Shown piece after piece: positions 23,976 through 38,443 of a stretch of DNA of 64,000 nt. Position 1 is the first letter of the stretch, and each line of letters begins with the position of its first letter. The notes under the pieces were generated by a model. It saw nothing but the letters and a program-made list of their open reading frames with translations. It searched no databases and had not been told where the DNA came from. The stretch is taken from positions 248,001-312,000 of the forward strand of contig JAQGDQ010000231.1 of the NCBI GenBank assembly GCA_030141605.1. The letters are read 5' to 3'. The DNA is from Tubiluchus corallicola. Its lineage: Eukaryota; Animalia; Priapulida. Position numbers and translations under genes: made by a program.

Positions 23976-26900
23976 AAATGTCTGTATCGAAATGCTTGCA
24001 CACCAAGATAATCAGCATACTTGCTGTAAAGTGTAAACACGCCACAAAGGCAGTTTGTGTTTATTCTTTAAACTGCGAAAAACTTGGAAAATTATATGTG
24101 ATTTCAAATCTCTGAAAGAGCACATAATTGCTTTTGCTCTTCTATAGAAATCAATTTATTTTATTTTTGCTTATAACTAGACTGTTTCTTAGGTAAAAGT
24201 CAATGAAAGGACATTTTAATCATAACGAAAGGATTTTGAAAAGACAGACAAAATTAGAACAAGAACGATAAGAAATGCCCAATTAAACTTGCAAACTTGT
24301 AACTGCCTCGCGGTTTTGATCCATCAACTTCTGAAGACGTTTCAATAATAAGAGTATTTTAATGGTGTTTTTCTATCGCATTAAATCACAAAATCGACTA
24401 AGAACTGTCCAAATACGAGATCTTTAGAAACACTAATAAAGAGCATGTTTGCTGCTTCTGTTAGAGTCTATAGAGAAGTGACAACCGAGATACAGAAGCA
24501 GTAGCCAAATCACAGTAAGTAAATTGACCTAGCGTGTATCAATCTGATGGTTTACAGACGATAATTGCACTTGACTTCATACAGACATTGCCTTTAACAA
24601 GAGTACATATAAATAGCACAAGCACTGATCAATCAGTGAGAAGCAACGTTAGATCAATATACAGAAACTTGCTGCGCTGTGGCTTAAGCATAAGAGGTCA
24701 GTAATGTCAATTAAGCTTACTTTTATTCACTTACTCACCTACTATGCTGAATACATCGTAACGTTATACAATAACCATTCAGTCTAAACTACACTACAGC
24801 ATGTGCACGTTGTGTACGCATACTGTAGAAAAATACTTTTTTTCAATTTCTGTGCACCTAGAGATGGTTACAAATTAAGTCAGATTGATCATGTGTTTTG
24901 GAAAAAAGGTTGCAGTATCTCAAATGTACTAGGAATCTCTCAGACATCTTACTCGTTGTTGTAATCAGCAGCAACGGCAGCAGCAGCGGCAACGGTAGCA
25001 GCAGTAATATACCAGCAGAGCTGTTAAAACTTTTTAACGACGTTTTTTACTACTGCACAACGCTTCCAAGTAAAAATAATTCTTATCTTTTTTATCTTAA
25101 ATAGAAATCGCCACGGTAGTCTGCTGCGTGCTTTATTTAAACTAAAACCTACAAGCCTTTCATTTATCAGCAAGTAATATGACGAAAAGCCCACGCTCCC
25201 ATGCAGGAAGCCAGTTTCTGTTGATGTCGTCACACGCAGAGGAATTTGCTGCACTTTTAACGACATTTAACGGTCGCGCCGATCAGCCTGTTAACGCTGA
25301 TTAAGGCAAACTCTAGATGGTGAGAATGGGAACGAACTCATTGGAAATCCGTAATCCAAATGATCAGCTAACAGCTTTGCTCATGACAGTATTAAATCAG
25401 GATGCGTTTAATTAAAACAATTATATTAAAATCAACACGCTGAAAATCGGTAATAGCCCGCACTGACCAGAAAATGGTCTTGGAATAAGTGAAATAAGGT
25501 TCAGTTTGAAACAGATATCATAAATGATCATATCATATGTTTCAAAGTCATTTCGGCATTTTTTTATTAACAAAAAGTTGCATTTATTTCTTTGATGAAA
25601 TCACTTCTTTCAAAGACAAGACTGACTCAGTCTGCGAGTGGGGTAATATAATTTTTTATGAATAATACTGGGCACCATCTTATTTTCAACAGAAACAAAC
25701 TCTCTGCAAGCAGATAATTTATAATCCCAAGCGAGTAGCAAATATTTACTTTGAAAAGAACTGATAATTTGGAATTTTTGAATTTAAAAGACCAAATATC
25801 AGTTTTCAAAGGTATCATCCTTTACATCAAGTTTGAATGATTCCTTAGATTAACAAAACGATTTGGATCATCTAGCTTACAAGGTCAAAGGATAGGTCAA
25901 AGTCAAAGGCTAAAAGAATAAAGCCACTAAAAACAACTTGAACTACAGCCTCGTTGTAACTGAAAACAGAGTAGTGATACAACAATATATAACTTGGGTA
26001 TATCGTTTGGATTAAAAAACTTACAGACATAGGTACACTACCAGTTAAAAGAACAATAAATTCGTCAGCGCAATACACAATGTGAATTACATCCAGTACA
26101 GTTATACCCAGTACAACCAGTAATATATATTATTTATGTATGCATGTCATGCAACCTTAACCTTGCCATTTTCCGAGCTAACTCATTTAGAATGATGATG
26201 TCTCATTCAGTTTCTCAGTGCCAGCGCAGGTGTGTTTCACTTGTAATCACGGTAAATCAGTTTGATGTTTATTACATACAGCACGTTGTAAAGTTTTTTC
26301 TGGTTTAGAGTATGTAAGTGAGTGGTTTTATAGCTCTAAAACTGCAATAAGAAGCAACTAATCAAATGGACAAAATCCCCCTTTTTGTTCACCAGTTGTC
26401 CTATCCTCTGACAAACACAATCCATTACTGAATTACTGTATTACACAAACTTGTTTCCAAGGTTACTTTTATAATTAGGAAACCTTCATGCAAATAACTC
26501 AACCATATTCTTAATCAAAACAAACGTTGAAAACACAATTATGAAATCTGCAGTACACAAAGCTTGAATTAATAAGTGACAAAAGGCAAAACGACGCATA
26601 CTCGATGATGGCAATTGAATTGACACAACAGGCATCTACTATCTGATTTCCCTTTCTCCGAATAAGTGTGTACTGATCCATGCAAGATGGCATTCAAAGC
26701 CGAATTAGCTTTGAGGACAAGTAATGACATTTCCAGACAAAGAAGAGGGAAGCAACAAGGAGAGAATCAGCCAATAACGTCTGGAATAGTTTGATCAACA
26801 CATCGCTAATAAGCTCCCCGAGAAAGTCTAGAGGTGACAATTTGCTACATTACGTGATTATTAATGAAAAAATCCATTTGTTCACAGCTGTGATTTATTT

Positions 26901-27059
26901 GCGTGTGAATGAGCTAAAAAGCGGCTTAGTGAAAACTTTCTCCTTTCTCAGCCACACATCCACACAAAGGTACAAGTACACCATTTCTTAAAGAAGTTGT
27001 TGAAAATTTTAATTGACACACTAAATCTAACTCCACTCATTGTCACCCTTCTCATTCTC

Positions 27060-27880
27060 ATTATATTGCAAACACACTTCAGAGGACACTTACGCTATAC
27101 TGCAAGATAACGGCACTCAGAAGGTACTCACCTCATGTAATACTGCAAGCACACTATTCAGAGAGCACTCGTGTTACACTGCAAGCACACTATTCAGAGA
27201 GCACTCGAGCTATACTGCAAGCACACTATTCAGAGAGTATTCGTGTTAGACTGCAAGCACACTATTCAGAGAGCACTCGAGCTATACTGCAAGCACACTA
27301 TTAAGTGAGTACTCGTGTTATACTGCAAGCACACTATTCAGAGAGCACTCGAGCTATACTGCAAGCACACTATTCAAAGAGCACTCGTGTTATACTGCAA
27401 GCACACTATTCAGAGAGCACTCGTGTTATACTGCAAGTACACTATTCAGAGAGCATTCGTGTTAGACTGCAAGCACACTATTCAGAGAGCACTCGAGCTA
27501 TACTGCAAGCACACTATTCAGACAGCACTCATGTTACACTGCAAACACATTATTCGGAGAGCACTCTCGTTATACTGCAAAAACACTTTTTAGAGGGCAC
27601 TCGTGTTATACTGCAAGCACACTATTCTGAGGACACTCATGTTACACTGCAAGCACACTATTCAGAGAGCACTCACGTTATACTGCAATCACCTTATTTA
27701 GAGGGCACCCGTGTTATACTGCAAGCACACTATTCAGAGAGCACTCTCGTTATACTGCAAAAACACTTTTAGAGGGCACTCGTGTTATACTGCAAGCACA
27801 CTATTCAGAGGACACTCATGTTACACTGCAAGCACACTATTCAGAAGGCACACGTGTTATCCTGCTAGCACACATTTCAA
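27060..27880. repeat. Minisatellite, 36-bp unit TATACTGCAAGCACACTATTCAGAGAGCACTCGTGT, roughly 20 copies
   Basis: Directly visible tandem array; gives 12-aa periodic ORFs (LQAHYSESTRVI). Confidence 0.96.
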
Positions 27881-30800
27881 AGAAATTTTCACTTACCACG
27901 AGATTCTTTGACTACACCCAATATTTCAATAATGGGAAAGTACAGGTAATTTTGTCGAGACTATCTCAGGTCACAGTTTCGGGAAATAAGAGAAAAAATT
28001 CACACCATGCATCGCGTATGGATGTGTTTAACGACTGTCTGAGCTGTAGCAGATAACTAACTACGGAAGCACCCTTTAATGACAGGTATTTAGCAGTCTA
28101 TTACTAATCTCCTGTACCTTTAATATATTCCTCGTACACGCGGCGTAGCCATTTATAAAACACATTTTGCTGCAGTAGAGAGTATCGGACGCATTCCGAA
28201 AACTCAAGTCTGCCTTTTAAAGTTTTAAACAAAATGCATAGTAATAATGTTGCTACCCTATATATAAGTCTCTCGCATCCACTGCTCAGGTGACTTTTGA
28301 CAAAAAAACAGACAAACAAAAACATACTTATATAAACAATTACATACTTTGCAGACTAGGGGAAAAAAACCAACAAAATATTTTGTTCTTAAAATATAAT
28401 TATAATCAACAAAGGACGAACATTCTACATAATGTTTCTCTACAATTCTTTCAATTTATTTGATCAGTAGACGAATATAATATTAATAGACTGGCACTCT
28501 GGCAGATACATCGTATTTACATACTGAAGCCAGGTTAAACGGCTATAATACAAGCAAAGGTTGTAGACAGCGTTACACAATTTCCAAGCGAGAACTTTCT
28601 CACGAAATGGAACGTGGAATTAACTCGTAGTTGTTCGTTCTGTCAAAAAGGTTTGCGAAAAAATAGCAAAAAAACACCCATTTTGGCATCCGCGCTAAAA
28701 CCCGTCTTACTCTTCCTATGCCCAACTCCTCCGCAAAGTTTCAAAAAGAACTGTTAAGCAGTTTTTGCGTAACCGTTTTAGCAAACAAATTAACAAACCA
28801 ATGGCGATGAAAACATAACATTCCTTCTGGAGGTAATCACATATAACAGCACATTTTACAAGGATCTTTTGTGCATTTGGGGGTGAAGCAAAAGGGGCTG
28901 AAAATTGCATCATAAAGTACATGATTAATTTTATATGCAAAATGCAAAAAATATCCAAATTGAGGAGATTGGTGGGCCGTAAACATTTTTGTAAATACCT
29001 TGTCAATTTTACGCTTTTTTCACATTTGTTTGTGTAAAGATTTTGTACTTGTGCTTTTATTTTTGTGCATAATACCTATTTGGAGGTTAGCGGATTCTTG
29101 TACTTTGTACTGTTGGGCAGGCTGAGCTGGTTTACATCTATTTAAAAGTTTAATGCAGTTGTACTTGGCCTGGAAATAGAGACGTAAATAAGACATTTGT
29201 CATGTTTACAATTCATCATCAGCGCACAATATACTGTACATCAATAGGACCTTAAAACACCAAAGACAAACGTCTCGCGAGAAATCTGCAAGCGATACTA
29301 AATAATGCATACAAGTCATTCTCAAAGTGATCAGAAATGAGACTGAAATCTGATTTAGCGGTGAGACGAGCACAATAACGCTACAGTAAGCTGCATTAAT
29401 CTAACTTAAATGTAAGTGAAACTTGTCATAAAGTGAAAGTGAAATATGTCAAAGAGAATATTATTTCTTCAAGGAATGTATGTGATCTACGAAATTCGAG
29501 TCTACTCGTTGGCTTCTCAAACATTAATGTAAAATCTACTAGTCGACGCAACATTCATGCGAGATCCAATATTTAGCACAACTACAGTGTATAATGGCTT
29601 TACACAACAATCTGTAGAGACTCGGGAAAGAAAAACAACCAAATTATACAATCAAAGCGAAATGTCAACCAAAATAAGAAATAAAAATTGAACTTAGCAA
29701 GATTAATCTAATAATCTCCTAGGCGATGTGAAAAAGGCGTGCACTTAGCTTTTGCTTTTAGAAAACCAGACCAGCAAATCTAAGTAACAGTTTCCATAGT
29801 TCTAAAGTACCAGCTACAGAAAAAGTACGGACTAGAACAGAAGCAAGTAACTCAAGATTTGGTATATTTATAGAGACAATAAATAAAAAAAAAATGCCAG
29901 ACGAAAGTAACTATAACAAGAATTTTCGCAACTGCGACATAAAAAGTACACCGTTTAGAAAATTGTCACAAAATTTGACTAAACATTATCTGATCGTCTG
30001 ACAGATTACGGAACACACAACTGTTGGTGGAAAATAACGCCACAAGAAGCATTAGTAGCTTTTGCATATATAGGCCTACAAAGGTAAAACAGACACCAAA
30101 TGCTCATTGGGTTTTATTCCACTTGCTAAACAAAATTATAATGAATAAAAAATTGCTACCGTGGGTGCAAAAAAGGCAGAAACACCAACTCACATTTGGT
30201 GTTGAGACTGTACTATTCAGTTGTCTAACAACAACGAATTATGATAGGAGGGAAAAGTTCTACAAAAGGCAAAACTGGCTGAATTACTTTCTAGGTTAGC
30301 GGACGGAAGGAAACCTAGCTGGTTTACTTACTATACTGAATGCACGGACAGAAAGAAGAGTTAATAGCATCCTTACAGCATCTTGCTGAAAGAAAGAGTC
30401 AAATAAAAGAGATGACTGACTAGCTTGGAGACTGGACCCAAGCACGAAGTGAAGTGCAGGTTCAACAAACCCACATAGTATCTGCATGCCTTCTTTGAGA
30501 GAACGAAGGTGGAATAAAAGCTTGTTTGTTTGGCTGGTTTCTTTGTTGAACAGGCATGTGGAAAAGAAACTGAATAGTGAATTGTGCAGGCTAACGAAAG
30601 GAGATCTGTAGTCGCTAGAAATTTAAGTACTTGTTTTGGCGCAGTGCGGCAAAACAGCAACAAGCATTTCCAAACTTTCACCCTGGCATAACAACATATT
30701 TGCATACACTAGGCAAAACAACATATTTACATGTGTTAGTTTCAACTGAAGAGATTTAGAACAGTCGGGAAATATTGTTGAGCAATGTGCATGTCCTCCC

Positions 30801-32751
30801 AGGCGTCTGTAACTTAGCGAGTTTTATCTCGTGTTTTCAGCAACAGCGCAGCAGTGAATCCGTCTCTTGGCAGTTAACAGGTTGTCACTGGAAGCCCTGA
30901 AGCCATTCTGCGCACGTTAACTGCACACAAAATAATGGTTGGTTTGCAGTTGATAGACATCATGCAAACAACATGAAGAAAAACAGCATTCAATTCTGAT
31001 AACAAGAACGCGCTGGTAAACACTATCCAACGAACATATTATTGGCCTAATAGAATAGCCAAACAGTAACAAGTCATAACACTATATTGGAACATTGCGT
31101 GCCAGGTTGCTTAACTTGCTTTCATGCATAATCCTGCAGCCAGGAGGGATGTTTACAGAACATACCCACAGGAAATCGTATACTTCAGCCAGAGGTCGCC
31201 TTTAAGTGAATCTGCGCGTGATCACATATAAAAGGATGGCCGAATTCCCTTTTGGCTAATAGCTATGGCCACTCGCATCAGTACAGTAAATTTATAACCA
31301 CGTGCATCTAAGTGTACGCGAAAACATGTATCTAATGATCCATTAGACGTACAAGTACTTCTGTACCTTTCATTGCTTTCCTCATTTTCACTCTTTCATT
31401 GACATCTATCACGGTTTACAAACACTCCGCGAAATTAACCCCAATCGTCTCAAGAAATGTGGCAAATACGTCAACCAACTTTCGGACATTGTCTTTTGTG
31501 TAAAATCGTGCTTTATTCAAAAATCAACAAATGAGAGCAACCCTCAATAAAGATTTTCTTAACTTTAACCAGCACGGTTTGTCATGACCCGTTTGATGGA
31601 TAAAGAATGATGCAATAAACAAAAGATGACAGCTAATCTATATTTTCTGCACATTTGAAGCTTTTAAAGTGTCGAGCAACCTTACAGAAATGATATTAAA
31701 AGGAAATGTGAAGAAATAATGACTGTTTTGCTGAGACAATCCAACTCATATGATAGATGCTTGAACAGCACTTTAGGTGGCAACGATGACGTAAGGTGTA
31801 CATTGACTCTTGCAAGCCACTCGTAGAACAAAATAACATTCAATGTAAAATAATCTTCTGGGGTCGAATGACTATAATGTAGCACTACTAGTGATTGCTT
31901 TATACGCAGGGAAGGTCTAAGGGCATCAAATGCCTGCATATAACACAAACACTGAAAACAACATTCAGATGGATTAACTCACTACCATTTTCTCTAGCCG
32001 ATCAGTGTTAAGTGTTCGGAATAGACGTATTTTATGCGACTCATACATTTGTCAGCCATCAAATCATCCAGGGTTCGAGTGAACTGCATTCAGTTTTTAA
32101 CGGGACACGGGACAGTATTTACTCATTTCTTGTGACCCACACCTTGGTTTCCGTTATGGTTTGCCTTTGATGTAATACCTTGGCGACTCCCTAGCTACTT
32201 ACGATTTTAAGTTTAAATGAACTAAACGACTATAAGCAATCTGCCAGTAAATGAAGTACTACTAACCAATTAACCACCAATTAAACTTACAAACAATCCT
32301 ATAATTAATCAAGCAATCAAGAAGACCAAAGATCGCCTTAAACATCTTAAAAAAGCAGCTATAAATATTTTAAAAATCTTAAACATCTCGACTACATCTA
32401 AGCAGTCTGCATCCCATCTTTGGCTAATCTAAGACATTTACACAACGTCTTGTGCATTACTGAGTACGACAACAACAATGTCTCTGGATGCTCGTTAGAG
32501 TTAATGATGTTAGAGTGAATGGTGTGACGTGCTCCCAAATGAGATGTTAATACACTGGTGTTGTGGCATAGCTATTGCTTTCACGCAGAAACTACTTGAT
32601 GACACTTATTCTTAGGATTACAATTTCGAGAGGCGAGTAGTCTGTCAGCGCTTTCAAGAATGCATTAAAAAACGAATGCATACCATTAGAAAAACCTTGA
32701 ATCACCAGAGGAATACTTGTTATCACAAAAAATGTATGTCACACTATTTAA

Positions 32752-33232
32752 AGAAAAACCGGGTCCAATCTTAAACAATAGCTCAAAACAATCTAACCTT
32801 CAAAATATTGAAAGCGAACGTAGTATTCTTTCAAGAAGAACTTAAGATAAACGCAATTTCGCGTTTGCGTGGGTAGTTTTTCGCCGTCATAAGCATTTCA
32901 CCATTCCCTAGTTAGATGGGCACTACCGCCTACATGTCAGAAACGCGTTGTACAAAAGACGGTGTTATACTTATCAGTTCAGAGTTGTTCAGCTGTGACG
33001 TAGTGCACACGTTCGCGAACTCATGCGTGAGCACAGTGTAAACTTGAAATTTGATTTTATACTTAAAATTTGCCAAACTGTTGTATATCACACTGAATGT
33101 CACATAGTAGCAGGTACTTCAATTCTCGCCTTAGTAAACACGTGCAAACATCCTCACGGAATGTTTGTGCTGTTAAAAATTATGTTCAGCTGAGACGCCA
33201 TTAATAGCGCCCGCCACTAATTAACTTTTTAA
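32752..33232 (+). mobile_element. Copy B of the dispersed non-autonomous element (Kolobok-like, TTAA-flanked)
   Basis: Starts TTAAAGAAAAACCGGGTCCAATCTTAAAC and is collinear with 37926-38415 over about 480 bp. Confidence 0.75.
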
Positions 33233-33489
33233 CCTATTATTTAATTATCAGAAATGCTTTGACATTACTATAGGTATTAAAATGTATGCTTTTTACCGTA
33301 CTTTAAAGTGAGATAGGATGTGAAAAATCATCCTGTTTTGCTTTAAATCTAAAGAAGTGCGTAAGCAAAATAAATACAAAACACGCGCCAATATTCTGAA
33401 CAAATCAAGAAATTTCAGTCAGCTAATACAGATGTCAGTAAACTAGGAAACTTAAATGTCTTGTAACCCCCTCCCCCGCCCAAAAAAAT

Positions 33490-34000
33490 TCCTACTAAAT
33501 CAATTACTAATAGCGAGCAAATAACATAACATCAGCTAATGGCTGATAAATTTAATAAATTTTTTGTTAAAGTTGTATAAACATTGGCAAAAATATTCCA
33601 AATATATTTTGTATTTAACTGGTAATTTTGATCATGAATGTAGATTTGTATCTACTAATGAAGTAGCAGTGTTCTCATTATTAACAGGTCATAAGGGTAA
33701 CATAGCTCCTGGTGCAGATGTTGTCATTCCAGTTCAGTCACTTCCAAACCATTAACATTAATACTATTATAATCAGTCATTTAATATCAGTATTTTTGCA
33801 GAACAGCTTGAACTCAAGAGTAAAACTAATAGTAAAATATCTGAATATCGACCAATTTCACTATTAAGTGTTTTCTCTAAAATGACTGAAAAAATTCCAT
33901 CTAACAAATTTTCCTTTTTTCTTTTACAAACCAAATCTTATAATTATGGCTATCATTTGGCTTTCATAAGTCACATTACAGGCATAGCCTTGACAATAAG
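33490..34000 (+). pseudogene. Degenerate CR1/L2/Crack-type RT fragment
   Basis: gaatatcgaccaatttcactattaagtgttttctctaaaatgactgaaaaa = EYRPISLLSVFSKMTEK; upstream ADKFNKFFV and IAPGAD motifs; frameshifts and stops. Confidence 0.75.
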
Positions 34001-37000
34001 CTAGGTTCTGGTCTCACCACCACCATGTGTCAAATTGTTTAAAAAAAAATTAATTAATTAGACTGACATTGAAGTTAGTGCTCAAATTATACACTTTCTT
34101 TTATGTTAAAATTTTAAATTATTTTTTCTTTCATTTCGATTATTTAGTTCAAAATTGTAAATTTTGGTTAATTATTATAATTATGTTTTCTGCTATTACA
34201 CTTTCTAATGATGAAAATTGGTTGCCAATTACATTCATCTTATAATGTAAAATTGATAACAGTGTCATATTTAATACTATATAAGCTTGGCTATTTAAAG
34301 GTGGGTGACTGGATAATCTACGGGCTCGTCGCCACCCTTCTCGTTTGCTTCGATCATATTGCATGTAATGCTTCTAATCTGATAATCTTATGGAGTTAAT
34401 AAAATAAATTCAATTGTACTGAAATTTGAAATACTAACATAGCGTTCTTCTGAGAAGGAATGCCTCCTTTCAATTTTATTTTATATACTCAAACTGCTAC
34501 AGTCATGATTACTGTCAGACCGTTTGTATTTCTCCTCAAACAAAATCTTCTATAAGGGATTCTGAATACAAGGCATTGGCACAAACAGTTCAATTAGTTA
34601 CTACCAAGGTATAGGCCTTCAAGGTATTTTTAATTAGCAGACGACATGAAAGCTAATTGGTGATTTATGAGCTTAGTCATATTTTGCAGCATCTAAGCAC
34701 TGTCAGACCTAAACAAAGACTAATTAGTAACAATTATAAGAGAAACATTTATCAATTTAATAGCAAAGCTGCCTGAATCTCATCTTATATTTGACTTAGA
34801 AATAAGTACATTTAATGAAAGCCAGACGTGTTGTGCTTGCGTGCCAATATAGTTTTCCAGTTTTTAAATTCATTATTCCAAATTTACTTGCTGCGACTTA
34901 GATTGACCTTTTTGCGTATGGGCTTATTTTTCTTACATAAATGCTAAAAAATAGTTGAGAAGATTGCTCTTAACATGAATTACTACGATAGTAATAAAGT
35001 ACAGGAAAAAATACCCAGTATGAGTATATGTTTCAGAGGCGGACTGAAAGATCATGTCCTTTCGTTTCTTTAGTCGAGATTTTTATTTATCAGAATTTAT
35101 TTAAATCTCATGAGTAGTCTCACGTATGTTTTAAATCGATCATCATTAAGATGATTAATATTTTATACAATTTACAATTCGAATAAACCAAGTAATTTAG
35201 ATAATGTACAGACATAATGTAACCACTCTTGTTCACATTAAAACAGCAAGTGATGTTTAAGTTGAACCCTTTACTTCAGTTTGACTATGTGGTGTTTTGA
35301 GGTAAGGCGATAACAATAATTCTAGCAATTACCGTAGCTTCAGCTAAATTCATCCATATCTGTGCATTATTATGAAGAGGGATTTTTAGGGTAGATGTGA
35401 ATTTTCCGTTTTTTTATGATGCATCTGATAAAAGAGTGAAAAAAAAACTTCAAAGCATGTTATTTGATTCAAAATGCAAAGAATTAATCATTAGCAATAC
35501 AATAGTGTAATTCATGTGCGATTTGAAAGCACAACAATATCCTCCATTGAAGAACACAAGTGAAGGATTACAGCAAAAACTAAGGCCTTGTGTAGTTGCC
35601 AAATGCTTTCCATATAATGAACAATTTTTGGGTTACTCACTTGAGATATAATCTTATAAACAGATCTACTTCGCTGTGGAGCTGGTCCCATTGTAGTTAT
35701 CGTTGTTCGTGTAGTAAGTTTTTAACTAAGTTTTTAACTAGTTTTTCTGCTGCAATTTATACAATAAAACAGATTCAATGGCTATGCTAGATGGTATTCT
35801 AAATGGCATATTCCAAGCAGAAAAAACTCAATTAAGGGAGTAACCCAAAGCTTCACATATTGGTTTAGTTGTTTCAAATGCTGACAAGCATTTTGAAAAA
35901 ATAGTCTTGTTGTCAACGACGATTGAACCTAGAAAAAATGAGTTCCTAGAGGCATACAACAGATGAAAGCAGCAAAGCAGCAGACCTGTTTTCAAAGTTT
36001 TGGTACGCCAATTGATTGGTATAATTCTGGTTAGCAAGCACGCGAGTTGGTGATACTGCCTGGACCTTAAGAATAAGATTTGCCCAAGTATTACAGTAAT
36101 ATGCAGCAGTCACCTTTTCCACTGGCTAATATCATAGTTACGTGCATTATTGTGCATTACGTGTATTAAACAAGAGACATCATTGAAATGCAATGATTAA
36201 AAGCTCACTGGCGTAAAATTGGTAAACTGAGAAACAATCTCTTTGTTTTCCACTGGACTTGATTTCTTCTAGAAGTAATTTCACGCTACTTCTTATCCAA
36301 GCCACTCAGATTGAGGAAAGAAAATGCTGGATGCACTTACATTAATGGAAAAAGCCATTTACACAAAAATGCCGCTCAGGACAAAACAGATTTAAGAAAA
36401 AAAAACGTTTTCAAAAACAAAGCTGTACATCCCTAATTTAACTGCAAACAGTATGGCAAGAACAAGAAGTGAAACTAGCATAACTTTCAAAAACTGTGTA
36501 AAAAAGAAAACCACTGAATCAAAGTAACATCTTTTATTGAATTACGGCATGTACACGTAATCTGTAATAACCACCTACAAAAATCTGCTGAATAATAATT
36601 AGCAGTGAGCATCAAACATTTGGTTTTTTGGTTTGACACTAAAATTATGGATTGAAATAATTAAGTACTTGAACTACATACATATTTTATTATTAAAAAA
36701 TCTGAAAAATTAGCACAGTTTAGCAGCGATTTCTGTCCACAACTTTTAAATCAATTATTAGTGTTTTTACTGCAGAAGAAGATCAAGTAATATGCATGAT
36801 CTTTATGAAACCGCTTTTTATTAGTGAATCAAAAAATTTATTCGAAAGTCTTTAAAACTGCATTCGAAATGCTGAAATTCCGTTTTGTTCGAGTTGAAAA
36901 GTATCAAATTCATTTTTTGGTAGAGAATGCTCATCCATAGTAATAATCAAGGATCTCATATATCGTTTAGCCTCTTACGGATTTGTAATCGTCCTTGCTC

Positions 37001-37925
37001 AAAGATACAAAAAGAGGTGTAGGATGTCACTTCTGGAAACCATATGACTAAGAAAATAACATTCGTGCAACATGATGCTTGCCTAGTGCTAAAGATGATG
37101 ATAAAAGCTAAAAGGTCATGTTTGTGACGTCAAAATTACCTTGATATAAAGATGAAGGCTGAGTGTGCAGAGGAAATGTTTTCTATATTTCTAACATGAT
37201 ACAAAAATTACAGACCAAAAAAATTAAGACCACTATGGAATCAGGGAATAAAATTTTGGGTTACACAGCACATAAGGATTTTTGGGTTACGGACATGGTT
37301 ACACTTGTAACTACAGAACTTTTAAATTTGATAGTACTTGGTACTTTAGTCATCAGGATATGCAACAATTCCCTAACTGCTAATATCAAGTATATAAATG
37401 TAATAGTCACGCTGATGACGATATTAATAACAAAAAATAATTTAAAACATAATGAAAGCCCCCTAGGTGACAGATTTTATTTCTGCCTTCATTTAGGGGT
37501 GCGCGATGTGCCAATATGGACATTTATTACATACACGGTATGACAACTATTTCATTAATTACATGTGCCTGACATCTCTGAAATAGATGTCTCGCTCTAT
37601 GATTATAAGAACTCCCAGACTGCATAATTATACACATTGAATTATATCAAGATATTGACAAACCTGGCAGTTGCAATTATGTTCTGTATTTACTCAACCA
37701 CAGCTTGTGATAGTCATTTTAATGTGATAATAAAACAGCAGCAATTATAGTTACATTTTCGTGCATTATTAATATCAGCACTATGCCACTAACACACAAC
37801 ATTCACTGTTACATTGTAATGAATAACACATGCTTGGTTTTCCCAGTGTTTTTCACTTTTGAGCCGAATTTGCATTACCATATTTCACTTTATTTTTCAT
37901 GCTAAAAAGTGTAATTTCGAATTAA

Positions 37926-38439
37926 AGCAAAACCGGACCCAATCTTAAACTGCAGGTTAAAACAATCTACTCCTTAAAATATTGAAAGGGAACATACTGT
38001 TTTTTCAAAAATGAATTGTGTGAAAGAATTATTACCACACAAACACAATTTCACGTTCGTGCCACTAGTTCTTCGCTGTTACGTGCATTTCGCCATTCTC
38101 TAGCTAGACGGGCACTAGTGCCTGCATTTCGGAAGCGCATTACATAAAAACAGGTGCCTCTCAGTTCAGATGTGTTAGTTTCTGATGAACTACGCACGTT
38201 GTGAGCACAGCGGTAAATTTGAATTTTGAATTTTTATCTTAAAACATACCTAGTTTTAGTACAACACACCGACTATCTTACAGTAGCACTGTACTTCAAT
38301 TTTCGCTTTTGCAAACACGTGCAACACACTCACAAAATATTTTTGCCATTAAAAATCGTGTTAGTTTGTGATGTCATCAATAGTTGGCCTCGCCTGCCGC
38401 TAATTAAGTTTTTAGTTAATGGCCTGCGCGACATTTCTT
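37926..38439 (+). mobile_element. Copy C (longest) of the dispersed non-autonomous element, TTAA on both sides (Kolobok-like)
   Basis: TTAA at 37922-37925 and 38440-38443; homologous to 2495-2705 and 32752-33232. The TIR is weak, so the superfamily is tentative. Confidence 0.7.
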
Positions 38440-38443
38440 TTAA

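Noticed and set aside
27040-27911. Repetitive ORFs (LQAHYSESTRVI)n and a CRISPR-like appearance
   Set aside because: Head-to-tail 36-bp units with no unique spacers, no cas genes, and a eukaryotic context.
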